A stretch of 64,000 nt of DNA from Candidatus Omnitrophota bacterium (GCA_041645145.1 JBAZQO010000001.1:2327-66326), one strand, 5' to 3'; shown: positions 47,464-56,896, counted from the stretch's first letter. Numbers and translations are program-made. The notes: generated from the letters alone by a model not told the origin.

Positions 47464-48392
47464 GTTTTTGCTTCCCTTGCCTGGGCTACCAGGAATAAAA
47501 CCGCCATTCTTACGGCAATACCATTGGTTACCTGCTCTAAAATCACCGAATTTGCCCCATCCGCTACTTCGCTGGACATCTCAATCCCCCGGTTAATCGG
47601 GCCGGGGTGCATAACAACTATATCTTTTTTGGCCTTGGCTAATCTTTCTCCGGTAATCCCGAACCTCTTAAAATAATCCAGCTGCTCGGGGAATGCCGCG
47701 CCTTCATCGCGCTCAAACTGCATCCTTAAGACATTTACCGCGTCAGCGTTTTTTAAAGCCTCATCAATACTGCTGGAAGCCCTCACCCCGGTTTTTTCTA
47801 TTCCAACCGGAAGCAGCATCTCAGGTGCGCATACCGTAACATTGGCGCCTAACTTAGTCAACCCCCAGATATTAGAGCGGGCAACCCGCGAATGCGCGAT
47901 ATCACCTACGATAGTTACATTCAAGCCTTTTATTTTCCCCAGTTTTTCTTTGAGCGTAAAAATGTCCAGCAGTGCCTGGGTGGGATGCTCATGCCAGCCA
48001 TCCCCGGCATTTACCACGCTGATATCCAGCGCGCGGGCAAGCATGTTCGCCGCCCCTGAGCAGTTATGCCGCATAATAATTATATCGGCTTTTAGCGCCT
48101 GGATATTCTTCCCTGTATCAATCAAGGTCTCCCCTTTACGCACGCTGGAGGTTTCTGTTGCAATATTAATTACGTCCGCGGATAATCTTTTTGCCGCTAC
48201 TTCAAAAGAAACCCTTGTCCTGGTAGACGGCTCGTAGAAAAGATTTACCGCGGTCTTGCCGCGCAAGGCCGGGACCTTCTTGATCTCTCTTGTAGAAACC
48301 TCTTTGAAGGAATCCGCGGTATCTAAAATTAACTCAATCTCTTCTTGTGTTAAATACTCCAATCCTAAGAGATCCTTCTTTGTCCAAAACAT
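47460..48392 (-). CDS. pyrB: aspartate carbamoyltransferase catalytic subunit
   Basis: STRTR carbamoyl-phosphate motif (EPSTRTRVSFE), HPTQ, and HCLP-equivalent region. 310 aa. Confidence 0.9.
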   Translation of the reverse strand: MFWTKKDLLGLEYLTQEEIELILDTADSFKEVSTREIKKVPALRGKTAVNLFYEPSTRTRVSFEVAAKRLSADVINIATETSSVRKGETLIDTGKNIQALKADIIIMRHNCSGAANMLARALDISVVNAGDGWHEHPTQALLDIFTLKEKLGKIKGLNVTIVGDIAHSRVARSNIWGLTKLGANVTVCAPEMLLPVGIEKTGVRASSSIDEALKNADAVNVLRMQFERDEGAAFPEQLDYFKRFGITGERLAKAKKDIVVMHPGPINRGIEMSSEVADGANSVILEQVTNGIAVRMAVLFLVAQAREAKT

Positions 48393-48931
48393 TATTCCTT
48401 CTCCGCAATTAATACTTCATCACTACCATCGGATTCTTGCAAATGCACTTCCACAGATTCTTTTTTTGAAGTAGGAATATTCTTGCCTACAAAATCCGCG
48501 CGAATGGGTAACTCGCGGTGGCCGCGATCAACTAAAACTGCCAGCTGTATGGACTTAGGCCGGCCAAAATCAATTAAAGCATCTAAAGCAGCCCTGATTG
48601 TACGGCCCGTATAAAGTACATCATCAACCAACACCAGGTTTTTATTATTAATATCAAAATCTATCTCCGTCTTACGCACCAAAGGCTGGCCGCTGGCTAA
48701 AGCCAGGTCGTCACGATAAAGCGTGATATCTAACGCCCCAGTTGCAATCTCCTTGCCTTCAATCTTTTTAATGCATTCTGCCAGGCGCAAAGCGATATAA
48801 ACCCCGCGGTTCCTAATGCCTATAACGCATAACTCTGTAGTTCCCTTATTTTTCTCAATAATTTCATGCGCAATGCGCATGATCGCGCGATTAATACCTT
48901 CCTGATCTAGTATTTTAGCTTTTTCTTTCAT
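48392..48931 (-). CDS. pyrR: bifunctional pyrimidine operon regulator / uracil phosphoribosyltransferase PyrR
   Basis: PRPP-binding loop [18 protein letters not shown]-terminus [24 protein letters not shown] matches the PyrR start. The track ORF extends 30 nt further ([10 protein letters not shown]), but those codons are the attenuator poly-U tract, so the start is called at the internal ATG near 48931. Confidence 0.85.
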   Translation of the reverse strand: MKEKAKILDQEGINRAIMRIAHEIIEKNKGTTELCVIGIRNRGVYIALRLAECIKKIEGKEIATGALDITLYRDDLALASGQPLVRKTEIDFDINNKNLVLVDDVLYTGRTIRAALDALIDFGRPKSIQLAVLVDRGHRELPIRADFVGKNIPTSKKESVEVHLQESDGSDEVLIAEKE

Positions 48932-48942
48932 GGACTTAGGAG

Positions 48943-48974
48943 CAAAAAAAATCCGCCACATTATTTTGGCGGAT
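48943..48974 (-). terminator. PyrR-type transcription attenuator: intrinsic terminator hairpin + U8 tract in the pyrR leader
   Basis: Minus-strand RNA reads GCAUCCGCCA aaauaaug UGGCGGAU UUUUUUUU, an 8-bp GC-rich stem, 8-nt loop and U8, ending 11 nt before the pyrR ATG. Confidence 0.6.
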
Positions 48975-48984
48975 GCTTTTACAA

Positions 48985-49045
48985 TGATACAATTTTATTT
49001 TCATTTTATTTACCTTGCCAGCTTCACGGAGCCGGACTTAAAGGT
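48985..49045 (-). promoter_or_regulatory. candidate PyrR-binding anti-terminator region of the pyr leader
   Basis: The leader RNA contains AAGUCCGGCUCCGUGAAGCUGGCAAGG, with a CCGGCU/AGCUGG stem and purine-rich flank GCAAGG. This resembles PyrR binding-loop consensus elements (UCC...GAGGCU...GCAAGG) and lies upstream of the terminator. Confidence 0.35.
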
Positions 49046-49057
49046 TTATTTATTTAC

Positions 49058-49092
49058 ATAAATATAGCATCTAAAAAATAGCTTGTCAAGCC
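49058..49092 (-). promoter_or_regulatory. putative sigma70-type promoter for the pyr operon
   Basis: Minus strand has TTGACA (plus ~49085-49090), then 19 nt, then TATATT (plus ~49060-49065). Perfect -35 but the spacer is 1-2 nt longer than optimal. Confidence 0.35.
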
Positions 49093-49108
49093 ATTAATTC
49101 ACAGGCTC

Positions 49109-49138
49109 GTAGGTAACAGGCATGCCTGTTACCTACGA
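49109..49138. terminator. perfect 30-nt palindrome (13-bp stem, CATG loop)
   Basis: cgtaggtaacagg catg cctgttacctacg. The two arms are exact reverse complements. It lies between the giant-gene stop and the pyr promoter. Confidence 0.5.
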
Positions 49139-49150
49139 ATTTCGCAAATA

Positions 49151-49218
49151 AAAGGGACGCTTAATTGGAGACCTTCTTATTGGCTGATAAACCTTTGGGA
49201 AGGTTAGCGTCCCTTTTA
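49151..49218 (-). terminator. long-range stem (12 bp) enclosing an inner hairpin, immediately 3' of the giant ORF stop
   Basis: aaaagggacgct ...45 nt... agcgtccctttt. The inner part has ccttc..gaagg pairing. On the minus strand it is followed by UUAUUUG. Confidence 0.45.
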
Positions 49219-52200
49219 TTGAGCTATCAATTGTGGCTCTTTAGCGAGAACCTGCACCTTTGCTAATGCCAGTCTTAATTCATTTACCGGTTTATCCGAT
49301 TCAAGTAGAACCAGGATTTCTCTTAAAGATGATTCCGTGTAACAGGCCTTTTCTTCCTCCTGCCTTAGGATATCCGCAATGCAGGCAAGAACCTTATCTA
49401 CCTGGCTATTTGGATCTTGCAAAGACAAAAGATATTCTCTTAAGCGTTCGCAGGAGGGAGCTATGCCTGAATTTGCCATCCTCTCTATCTCCTGCCATTC
49501 TTTATCAGAAACAGGGACAGGCCCCTTCGGGGACAGTCCCTGTTTTAAAGCTTTTGATGCCGCCATCGGCTGGATAACCGTATTCTTGGACAATGACCGC
49601 ATATCAATTCCGCCGACATTTTCTTCAAGTGGGCTAGCGGTCTTAGTTTTATCATATACTGCATCATATTGCTCCAGGGTGGCACCGTTGATTCTCCGCC
49701 AATGCCAACGCTCTCCTCCATCAATAATTTCCTTTGTTGGATCCTCGTAGCCATCGAAATGTGGCGCAAATCTTCCTCCAGCTCCGGTAACAACAGGCGA
49801 GGTATAAATATCACTGAACGGTTTACCTCGTTCTTCAATCTCTTTTTTTACAACTGCTTGAATAAAATTAGCAGGTATATTGTTAATACCGGATTCGCGT
49901 AAGCTTCTTACTTCTTTTTTCTTTCTCTCAATATATTCCAACTTCAAAATTTCTCCTTCTTGTCGAATATGCGTATAGACAGCTACACTATTATTAACAA
50001 CTCCAAAATATAGTTTTCCGCCTGTTGATGGCCTAATTAAAGCCAATGCCTGGTCATATTGTTTGCCCGACAATTCTCCAAGTAGACTGATTTCAATTTC
50101 ATTGTCATTTGCGGCGATAGCAACATCTTGCCCAAGCTGTTGCTCTAGGCTAGCAGATCGATCTTGCGTGGCAACCGGCGAGCCGGCTGACTCACCGTAT
50201 ATGCGTTTCTCAGTATAATTATACTTCTGGCCATCATTTAGGCTGCCAACTTTTTCTTTTAACCTCCAGAAATCGCCATTTACCGGATTTATGATATTTT
50301 CGTAGAGATCCTTTATTTGTTCGTCATTTTGACAGGAAAAAAATGCTCTGCGATTTTTCACATATCTTGCATCGTTCCCCCAATAATACTCTAATGACAA
50401 ATATAACTTAATCAGACGGCTATAATATGCTCCTTCGGGATTTTTGGTAACATCAATGAGGCTGTTTAAGTCGGTTTTTAGTATGGCTATTTGGTTCAGG
50501 ATTACTTGCTCGCGTTGCCCCGAAGAATGAAGCCAGTTTACGACCTGGATATTTATGTCCATGTTGTCAGCCAATCCCGATATCCCCATGGAACTAACTG
50601 ATTGTTTAATTTTATCGGATAATTCGCGCTTGAACCCAAATTCCTCGCCTCGTTTTGCCCAGGGCACAGCAATATCTATATCTCTGATAGAATCTAGGGG
50701 CACCAACCCCGATTCATCCGCCAAATATCTGGCGCTGCCTACCAAGACAGCATCGCTACCTGCAGCTTCCTTCAACATAGATTCAAATAATCTTATGTTC
50801 AACCAAATGCTCCCGTCTTCTTTAGCTATAGTTAATCCGCTAACAGGAGAACTGGCGGGCTTGCCTGCAACCGGCGAGCCGGCGGATTGCTGCTGCATCC
50901 GACCAGCTATTACTTCTCCATAATTATTTTTAATCCAGGACAATATGTAATCCCTTCGATGTTTCAAGGTGTCTTGCAAATAAGTCCGGTCAACTCTGCT
51001 CATGCGTATACTATCCACTAAGGTGTTAATAGCGTCATCAGTTAGCCGTGTTTTTAAAACCGCTCCTTGTTCAATAATATCTTTTGGGGTTAGTCCATAT
51101 GCTTCATAGGCCTGGCGCATACCATAGCCTAATCTCTCAAAATTATCACCTCTTTCGAGTTCTCGAACGGGAGCCTGTGGCCCAAACAAATCTTTGTCCT
51201 TTCTTTGTCCGCGTGCACGGAAAAGTAGTGCGCCTCCATTATCTATCCTATAGAGCAACCCTCCGGAAATCAATGTATTGCGATCTATAGCGTAAGGAAT
51301 ATCCCAGTTAGCCATTAAGGTATCTGCCAAAAATCCATGGATAACCAGCTGCTTATGTGCCTCGAGAGTAGCTGTCATGTCAAGGGGCAATATCCTAGAG
51401 GCATGCCCATAGTTTCCGGCGACTTTAACGATTTTTGTTTCAGGAACAGGGATTCCGAGAACTCTGTACAACTTATTTGCCAAATCCTCTACCCAAATAT
51501 GTGACTCCTCTTCATGCTGGGCAAACTTCACATAATATGGTGAAGGACCGCTATCTGTAGGAACGGTGAATTCTGCTCCGGGATTGCTTCCTTTTTGTTC
51601 GCCTGTCTTTAGAGAATAATCCCATACTTCAACTGGAACTGAATAGTTGAAGTTTGAACGGATAGAATCATATTCATCAGCGCTGAATAATAACGTTCCT
51701 TGCAAATTATAAAGAGGAATATAAAAGCCATTTTCTACAATTGCTCTCTTGACCTTTTCCAATGTCTTATCGGGACTACGCAAGACGATTGATGCTATCT
51801 CAGTTGCTGGCATTCCTCCTAAAAGTAGCGAGTGATGAGAAGAAGGCCCATACTCTTTCCCTTCCTCCCAACATCCCTTTCCGCGATGATATACATACCA
51901 TAACTGACCATCTGACCCTAATAAACCTCTACCCCCATAACCGTTTGAAAGTGATGCGGTGATAATACGCTCCGTCTCCTGGTGCAGCCCTATAAAATCC
52001 CGCGTAAGACGGGTGAAATCTACATGGAATGGATATGAATCGGTTGTCGCTCCTTCACCCAATGCCTCTCTAGGAAGATTGCCGTTTCTAAGCACAGATT
52101 CAAGGACATCAACTGTCGAACCATGCAAATAATCTCCGTCTTGCAAACTTAATTTCTTAATGACGACTTGCCGGTTTCGTGCATCTGCTTCGGCTTTACT

Positions 52201-55200
52201 TTTCTCGTCCTGACTTGTTTCTATTGTTTGTTTTAAATAGTGCCGAAAAATCCACGGCTTATAGTCAGTTTCCAGTTCCGAAAATGGAATAGAATGAATT
52301 TGTCCAGACTCTAGCTGGGTAATCAAGGACTGATTAACAACTATGCCCTCTAATCGCGTCTTTGTGTTCGGATTGTTCTGTTTAGCCGCTATATGTTCTG
52401 CGACAATATCAGTCAAAGGAACAACTGTCCCATCTTCAAATGCTATCTCAGTTAACGGATACTCAGACGCAGCAGATCTTAATTGCGAACCAAGCCGCGT
52501 CTCAGCAAAAAGAAACAATTGCTGCCAATACGCTGTGGGCTTCGTAAATATTGATTCAATTACCTGGGCTCTAGCTACCGCATTATCATTGGAGAAAATA
52601 TCCTGCATGATAAGCATGCGGTTTTCATGTAAAGGGCCACCAACTTGCAAAAGACTAAAAAGATTTGGTGCGTATTCCGATAGAGATACGATTTCATTAA
52701 TCTTGTCTGGCCTGCGCGCCAGATATGCCAACACAGCTTTATCTAAATAAAAATCTTGATGTACGTATAACTTCCCGTTCGGCTCAAAAAGATTCATAAG
52801 CAACATCTGTACGGCTTTATTAAATAAAACATGGTGCTTCTCGTCCGCTGTCCTGTAATCCCACCTTGCTTTCAATTGATAATCAGTAGAGCCTAACCAC
52901 TTCAAGATTCCATTAGTTAACGCCTGCGATAGAAAACCCTGCGCTTGCTGGATTGTATAGAGATGATAAAAGAACGGCCGTAGGCCTTCATTCCTATTAG
53001 CGTAAAATCGCATCAAATTCTCATACGGATCTATAATAAAAATCCTATCGTAGCCTCTCGGGCTATCCTTATTGTTTTCTATTTCATAAAATAAGTGGTA
53101 CTGAAAATCGGGGGATATCTTTTTAATTTCGTAAAGCGCACTGATTATGTCGGCTTTTTGTTCATATATCCCTGGCAAAATCTTATAATGCTCAATAGAG
53201 AACAAGTATCCAAGGGGTCTCAAATCTTCTATGCATTGTACAATTTCATCTCGGTTAGCTAACATAATATACTGTTTAAGATATTCAGGATCATAGAAGC
53301 CCCCATATCCGGTTTCATAGATATCGCGGACTCTTTTAAGAAATGAAATTGTTTTTTTCAAGGCCTGAATCTTTTGTCTAGTGGAAGCGTGAGGAGGAAA
53401 ATAATCATCCCCTAAAGCGGGGATGAATAAACTAATCTCGGAGTCTGCAATACCCTCCTTTTCTATAGTAGCCAAAAACATCTGGGGTGCAAGAGCACGG
53501 ATTTTCTCCTGCAGGTAATCTGGCACATGTGTGAAACTACGCAGGACGACCTCCACAGCGGCAAAGTTATTCGGATCATCGAAGTATCGTGATTTAAAGA
53601 CGACCATGTCTAAAAGCTCTGCCTGCAACCGATGATTACGCGAAGTCCGTAAAATATCTTCCATAATTGCGTATCCTAGGCTCAAATTTACATCCTTGAG
53701 GCGCTCGAGAAGCGCCATAACAAAAAACTGTTTAGCTTCATTATATCCTCCTCTCCCATCTCTCTCCCGGAGGAAAGTTATACACATCTCTGCTAAATTT
53801 TGCTTAATTTGCTTATAAATAGGATTGTCTACAAGAGATGCGGACATTGTTCTATCCTTAACAATACCTGGCTGCATACCGATATCTTTACAGGCGCTCT
53901 CAATCGCTTCCCGCAAAGATAAAACTGTGTCTCTTCTTCCTATTTCCCAAATTGTCTCCTCTCTGCCTTCTTGATAAGCAAACATTAACTCATCAAATTT
54001 GTCTATGTTAGGAGAAAAATACCTTTTCTCAAACGCTTCTTTTAATCGTTTCCATTCAGGATTGTCAATCATCAACGCGCTATAAGTATTAGGGTGAGTG
54101 CGTACTGTCTCAATGATTTCTATTAAACCCGGGATATTTTTCTGCTTTAAGGTAATTCGTTCGCTTTCAGTCAGAGACAATATGAAATAGGTCACCCGCC
54201 CTGGGAGAAAAGGATACTCTCCTGAATAGCCCGGCTCTCTCCAAGAATTCATAATAATTAAAGGTGCCAATTCTACTTTTAATCCCGGGCTTTCTTCTGC
54301 TAACCAGAATAATCGATATCCTAAGTCGATTGATTCATTTGTATGTTCTTTTTCCTCAAGCAGATCATTAACCGTTCGCTTAGCAAGTGTTCGCTCAAGC
54401 GCATCGAACGTATAGTCGCCAAACATACTTTTGATTTTAGGGTTAGCCTTGAATGTACTCCAGCGTTGCTTGAAGCTTTCATTTATAAAATGATCTTTAA
54501 GAATTGCTTTAGGCATCAATGAGATATCCAACGGCAAATTCTCTCGGTGTTCGCTAATATGCCGTTCAACATTGGCCGTGATATTTCCTGATCCTATCCG
54601 GATAAATTCTTTTCTCATTGTATTTTGTTTAGCTTCGCTTTGGCCTAATGTGTCTCTGATTATTTCTTTTACTTGGTTCACCAAAGATATGGGTAAATTT
54701 TCCGCTTCAAGAGCATTGATAAAACTCAAGAGCAATTCATGCGCATGTTGTCTTATCAATAAATCGGTTATTCTCCCATATGCTTTATCTTGGTCGCCCC
54801 GTTGTAGACCGATCTGTCCGCCTAATTCACTTAGTTTAAAACTACACTCTCGATTTAATTCATCGAGCCTGTTATTCCGCTGGCGAACGCGATCGCTCTC
54901 TTCCTGGCTTCCCCCCCATCCACTATATATTGCGGCAATTCCTTCTCTTAGCTGTTCTCTTGCAAGCGCCAAGTACTCCTTGGCCTGCTCAGGAGTTATA
55001 TTTCCTTTTCGCTCTAACTCACGAAGCCCCGGCATTATTTTCTTATCTATCAATTCTTCATTTAATTCTGCGTATAAGCTATCATTATTTACTAAAGACT
55101 CTTCCGCCCGAGTATATTTTGCCAAAACCCCAGTTATAATGCTCTTTATTTTATCAAGATATTCCACACATTTATCGTCCATTTCGTTTTGCAACGACTC

Positions 55201-56853
55201 TGTTCTTGAGTTGAGCTGATTAATCTCATTGGCGATTTCTTGTTTCTTATTTTCTAACTGCAACTGGAGAGTATCAATTTCTGACTGCATTCGTGTTATA
55301 TTTTGCTTTGTGTCTTTTCGCATCCCCCAACTCTTGAACCAAATCAACCAGGGCTTATTTTTTTCATCACGCAAAATCTGTTTTTCCTTTTCTATATTAC
55401 CTTGGATTTCTTCTATTTTTGTTTTAGATATAAAATCTGCCTGTTCTCTTTGTTTTATCAAGATAGCTATTCTCTGTTCACGTGCTTTCTTCTCTTGTTC
55501 TAATCCTTTAATTCTTTCTTTAAGCCCAGCAATGTTTATTAGATCATTTTTAAAAACCGCTTCTATCTCTATGCCGATAGTACCTAAGGGAAAACTGGTC
55601 GACTTGGACTGTAAAGTCGCCGACGAGCTGGCGGCGGGCGGCTGCTCAACCGCAGATGAAGCTAGCTCTGTTTCCCCATCAAAAGGATTGCTTACAATAC
55701 CACCTTTAAATTTAAAGCCTAATCCATATGGCCGAATTAACGCCTTAGCATCTCTCCGCAGTACAAGTCCTTGCGTAATCGCTGAAGATACTGATGCCAA
55801 AGCAATGCCACCACTCATATAGCTCCTGATAGTCTGACCATAGGGAGTGTAGCGCGGCTCTTTAATGTTATATTCTCCTTGCTGGAAAGAAGCTTTGTAG
55901 GCATTAAAGTAAGTTGTTTTAGACCAAGAGGTTTTGGAGGTTAAACCAGTCAGGTTGTGTCTGTCTATGAGGTAGGGATATACGCCTGATTTACCGTAGA
56001 ATTTCTGTTTAAACCACTGCGCCAGGATAAGTGAATAGTAAACCTGCCTTAAGGGAGCGTATCTTTTGGAGGAATTAATTTCTTTGGTTAACTTAGGAAT
56101 AATGGTTTCTCTGATGAGTTGTGAGGAGTATTCGTTCAGAGCTTTGGAGCGCTCATCCTTGAAATTATAGGTAGATGAATCCTTAAGATAGTCTTGCTCA
56201 AGCATGACCTTCAGCGTGGCTTTGTAGATGTAAGCATTGTCAGAGCTCTCTCTGATGATGATTTCATCCGGGACTATCCATGGACGAGTGAGCGTAGGAA
56301 TGGTTATATTTTCAGAACCGTAGAGCTCTTCTGCTTTCTTGTAAAGCTTGTCCCAATAGTCTTTTCCTTCTAGAGTTTGGGGGGAGGTAAAATTAGCGGT
56401 ATCTTTCTTTAGCTGGAGGTCTGCCTCAAGCAGAATCTTTCCTACGTCAGTTTCGCCCAGTTCGCTATCTATAATGTTGTCTTCTGCATCTGGCCTTAAA
56501 TTTACCCAAAAGGCTTCATTGGGCAAGGATATGCCGATGAAAAAATAATTGAGCAGGGTTTTGGTTTCTTGTTGCAAACTCTCCTTAGGGTCAGTTCCCT
56601 TCGGGGACAGACCCTTCACAAAATCTCCTTTGTCTAGAAGCAGATTAAAGTTGTTGACGCTTGGGTCATAAGAGAGGTACCTTAAATGAAGAGGCCGGAA
56701 TCTGTCCTGAATGAAGCTATTTCGCAGGGCAAGAAAATGGCTTGAGAGATCCAACTCTCCGGCAATTTGGGCAAAGCCGGATTGCTCAAATACCATGAAA
56801 AAACATATGGCAATAGCAATGATTTTAAATAATTTACTAGATTTAATCTTCAT
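49216..56853 (-). CDS. giant secreted/surface protein (2545 aa), largely alpha-helical with coiled-coil segments; contains an atypical kinase-like motif region
   Basis: Signal peptide MKIKSSKLFKIIAIAICFFMVFEQSGFAQIA. Heptad-rich region around residues 430-560. Low-complexity linkers (PPAASSSATLQS; GESAGSPVA twice). Region ~1700-1790 HGFLADTLMANWD...LLYRIDNGGALLFRARG has the D-x4-N ... D-x-G spacing seen in protein-kinase-like folds. Confidence 0.6.
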   Translation of the reverse strand: MKIKSSKLFKIIAIAICFFMVFEQSGFAQIAGELDLSSHFLALRNSFIQDRFRPLHLRYLSYDPSVNNFNLLLDKGDFVKGLSPKGTDPKESLQQETKTLLNYFFIGISLPNEAFWVNLRPDAEDNIIDSELGETDVGKILLEADLQLKKDTANFTSPQTLEGKDYWDKLYKKAEELYGSENITIPTLTRPWIVPDEIIIRESSDNAYIYKATLKVMLEQDYLKDSSTYNFKDERSKALNEYSSQLIRETIIPKLTKEINSSKRYAPLRQVYYSLILAQWFKQKFYGKSGVYPYLIDRHNLTGLTSKTSWSKTTYFNAYKASFQQGEYNIKEPRYTPYGQTIRSYMSGGIALASVSSAITQGLVLRRDAKALIRPYGLGFKFKGGIVSNPFDGETELASSAVEQPPAASSSATLQSKSTSFPLGTIGIEIEAVFKNDLINIAGLKERIKGLEQEKKAREQRIAILIKQREQADFISKTKIEEIQGNIEKEKQILRDEKNKPWLIWFKSWGMRKDTKQNITRMQSEIDTLQLQLENKKQEIANEINQLNSRTESLQNEMDDKCVEYLDKIKSIITGVLAKYTRAEESLVNNDSLYAELNEELIDKKIMPGLRELERKGNITPEQAKEYLALAREQLREGIAAIYSGWGGSQEESDRVRQRNNRLDELNRECSFKLSELGGQIGLQRGDQDKAYGRITDLLIRQHAHELLLSFINALEAENLPISLVNQVKEIIRDTLGQSEAKQNTMRKEFIRIGSGNITANVERHISEHRENLPLDISLMPKAILKDHFINESFKQRWSTFKANPKIKSMFGDYTFDALERTLAKRTVNDLLEEKEHTNESIDLGYRLFWLAEESPGLKVELAPLIIMNSWREPGYSGEYPFLPGRVTYFILSLTESERITLKQKNIPGLIEIIETVRTHPNTYSALMIDNPEWKRLKEAFEKRYFSPNIDKFDELMFAYQEGREETIWEIGRRDTVLSLREAIESACKDIGMQPGIVKDRTMSASLVDNPIYKQIKQNLAEMCITFLRERDGRGGYNEAKQFFVMALLERLKDVNLSLGYAIMEDILRTSRNHRLQAELLDMVVFKSRYFDDPNNFAAVEVVLRSFTHVPDYLQEKIRALAPQMFLATIEKEGIADSEISLFIPALGDDYFPPHASTRQKIQALKKTISFLKRVRDIYETGYGGFYDPEYLKQYIMLANRDEIVQCIEDLRPLGYLFSIEHYKILPGIYEQKADIISALYEIKKISPDFQYHLFYEIENNKDSPRGYDRIFIIDPYENLMRFYANRNEGLRPFFYHLYTIQQAQGFLSQALTNGILKWLGSTDYQLKARWDYRTADEKHHVLFNKAVQMLLMNLFEPNGKLYVHQDFYLDKAVLAYLARRPDKINEIVSLSEYAPNLFSLLQVGGPLHENRMLIMQDIFSNDNAVARAQVIESIFTKPTAYWQQLFLFAETRLGSQLRSAASEYPLTEIAFEDGTVVPLTDIVAEHIAAKQNNPNTKTRLEGIVVNQSLITQLESGQIHSIPFSELETDYKPWIFRHYLKQTIETSQDEKSKAEADARNRQVVIKKLSLQDGDYLHGSTVDVLESVLRNGNLPREALGEGATTDSYPFHVDFTRLTRDFIGLHQETERIITASLSNGYGGRGLLGSDGQLWYVYHRGKGCWEEGKEYGPSSHHSLLLGGMPATEIASIVLRSPDKTLEKVKRAIVENGFYIPLYNLQGTLLFSADEYDSIRSNFNYSVPVEVWDYSLKTGEQKGSNPGAEFTVPTDSGPSPYYVKFAQHEEESHIWVEDLANKLYRVLGIPVPETKIVKVAGNYGHASRILPLDMTATLEAHKQLVIHGFLADTLMANWDIPYAIDRNTLISGGLLYRIDNGGALLFRARGQRKDKDLFGPQAPVRELERGDNFERLGYGMRQAYEAYGLTPKDIIEQGAVLKTRLTDDAINTLVDSIRMSRVDRTYLQDTLKHRRDYILSWIKNNYGEVIAGRMQQQSAGSPVAGKPASSPVSGLTIAKEDGSIWLNIRLFESMLKEAAGSDAVLVGSARYLADESGLVPLDSIRDIDIAVPWAKRGEEFGFKRELSDKIKQSVSSMGISGLADNMDINIQVVNWLHSSGQREQVILNQIAILKTDLNSLIDVTKNPEGAYYSRLIKLYLSLEYYWGNDARYVKNRRAFFSCQNDEQIKDLYENIINPVNGDFWRLKEKVGSLNDGQKYNYTEKRIYGESAGSPVATQDRSASLEQQLGQDVAIAANDNEIEISLLGELSGKQYDQALALIRPSTGGKLYFGVVNNSVAVYTHIRQEGEILKLEYIERKKKEVRSLRESGINNIPANFIQAVVKKEIEERGKPFSDIYTSPVVTGAGGRFAPHFDGYEDPTKEIIDGGERWHWRRINGATLEQYDAVYDKTKTASPLEENVGGIDMRSLSKNTVIQPMAASKALKQGLSPKGPVPVSDKEWQEIERMANSGIAPSCERLREYLLSLQDPNSQVDKVLACIADILRQEEEKACYTESSLREILVLLESDKPVNELRLALAKVQVLAKEPQLIAQ

Positions 56854-56896
56854 TTTTTATAAAGGTCTATCAGCCTTGGTTATATTATAAGTTTAT

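Noticed and set aside
48932-48961. First 10 codons of the pyrR track ORF ([10 protein letters not shown]) as real coding sequence
   Set aside because: These codons are the loop and U8 tract of the attenuator terminator. The PyrR family starts at the downstream MKEKAKIL.
49504-56612. Shared 14-nt sequence cccttcggggacag near both ends of the giant gene, considered as terminal inverted repeats of a mobile element or a recombination site
   Set aside because: About eight random 14-mer coincidences are expected by chance in a 64-kb window on two strands. Both copies are in-frame coding sequence for the same GLSPKG peptide and are in the same orientation, not inverted. There is no transposase and there are no target-site duplications.
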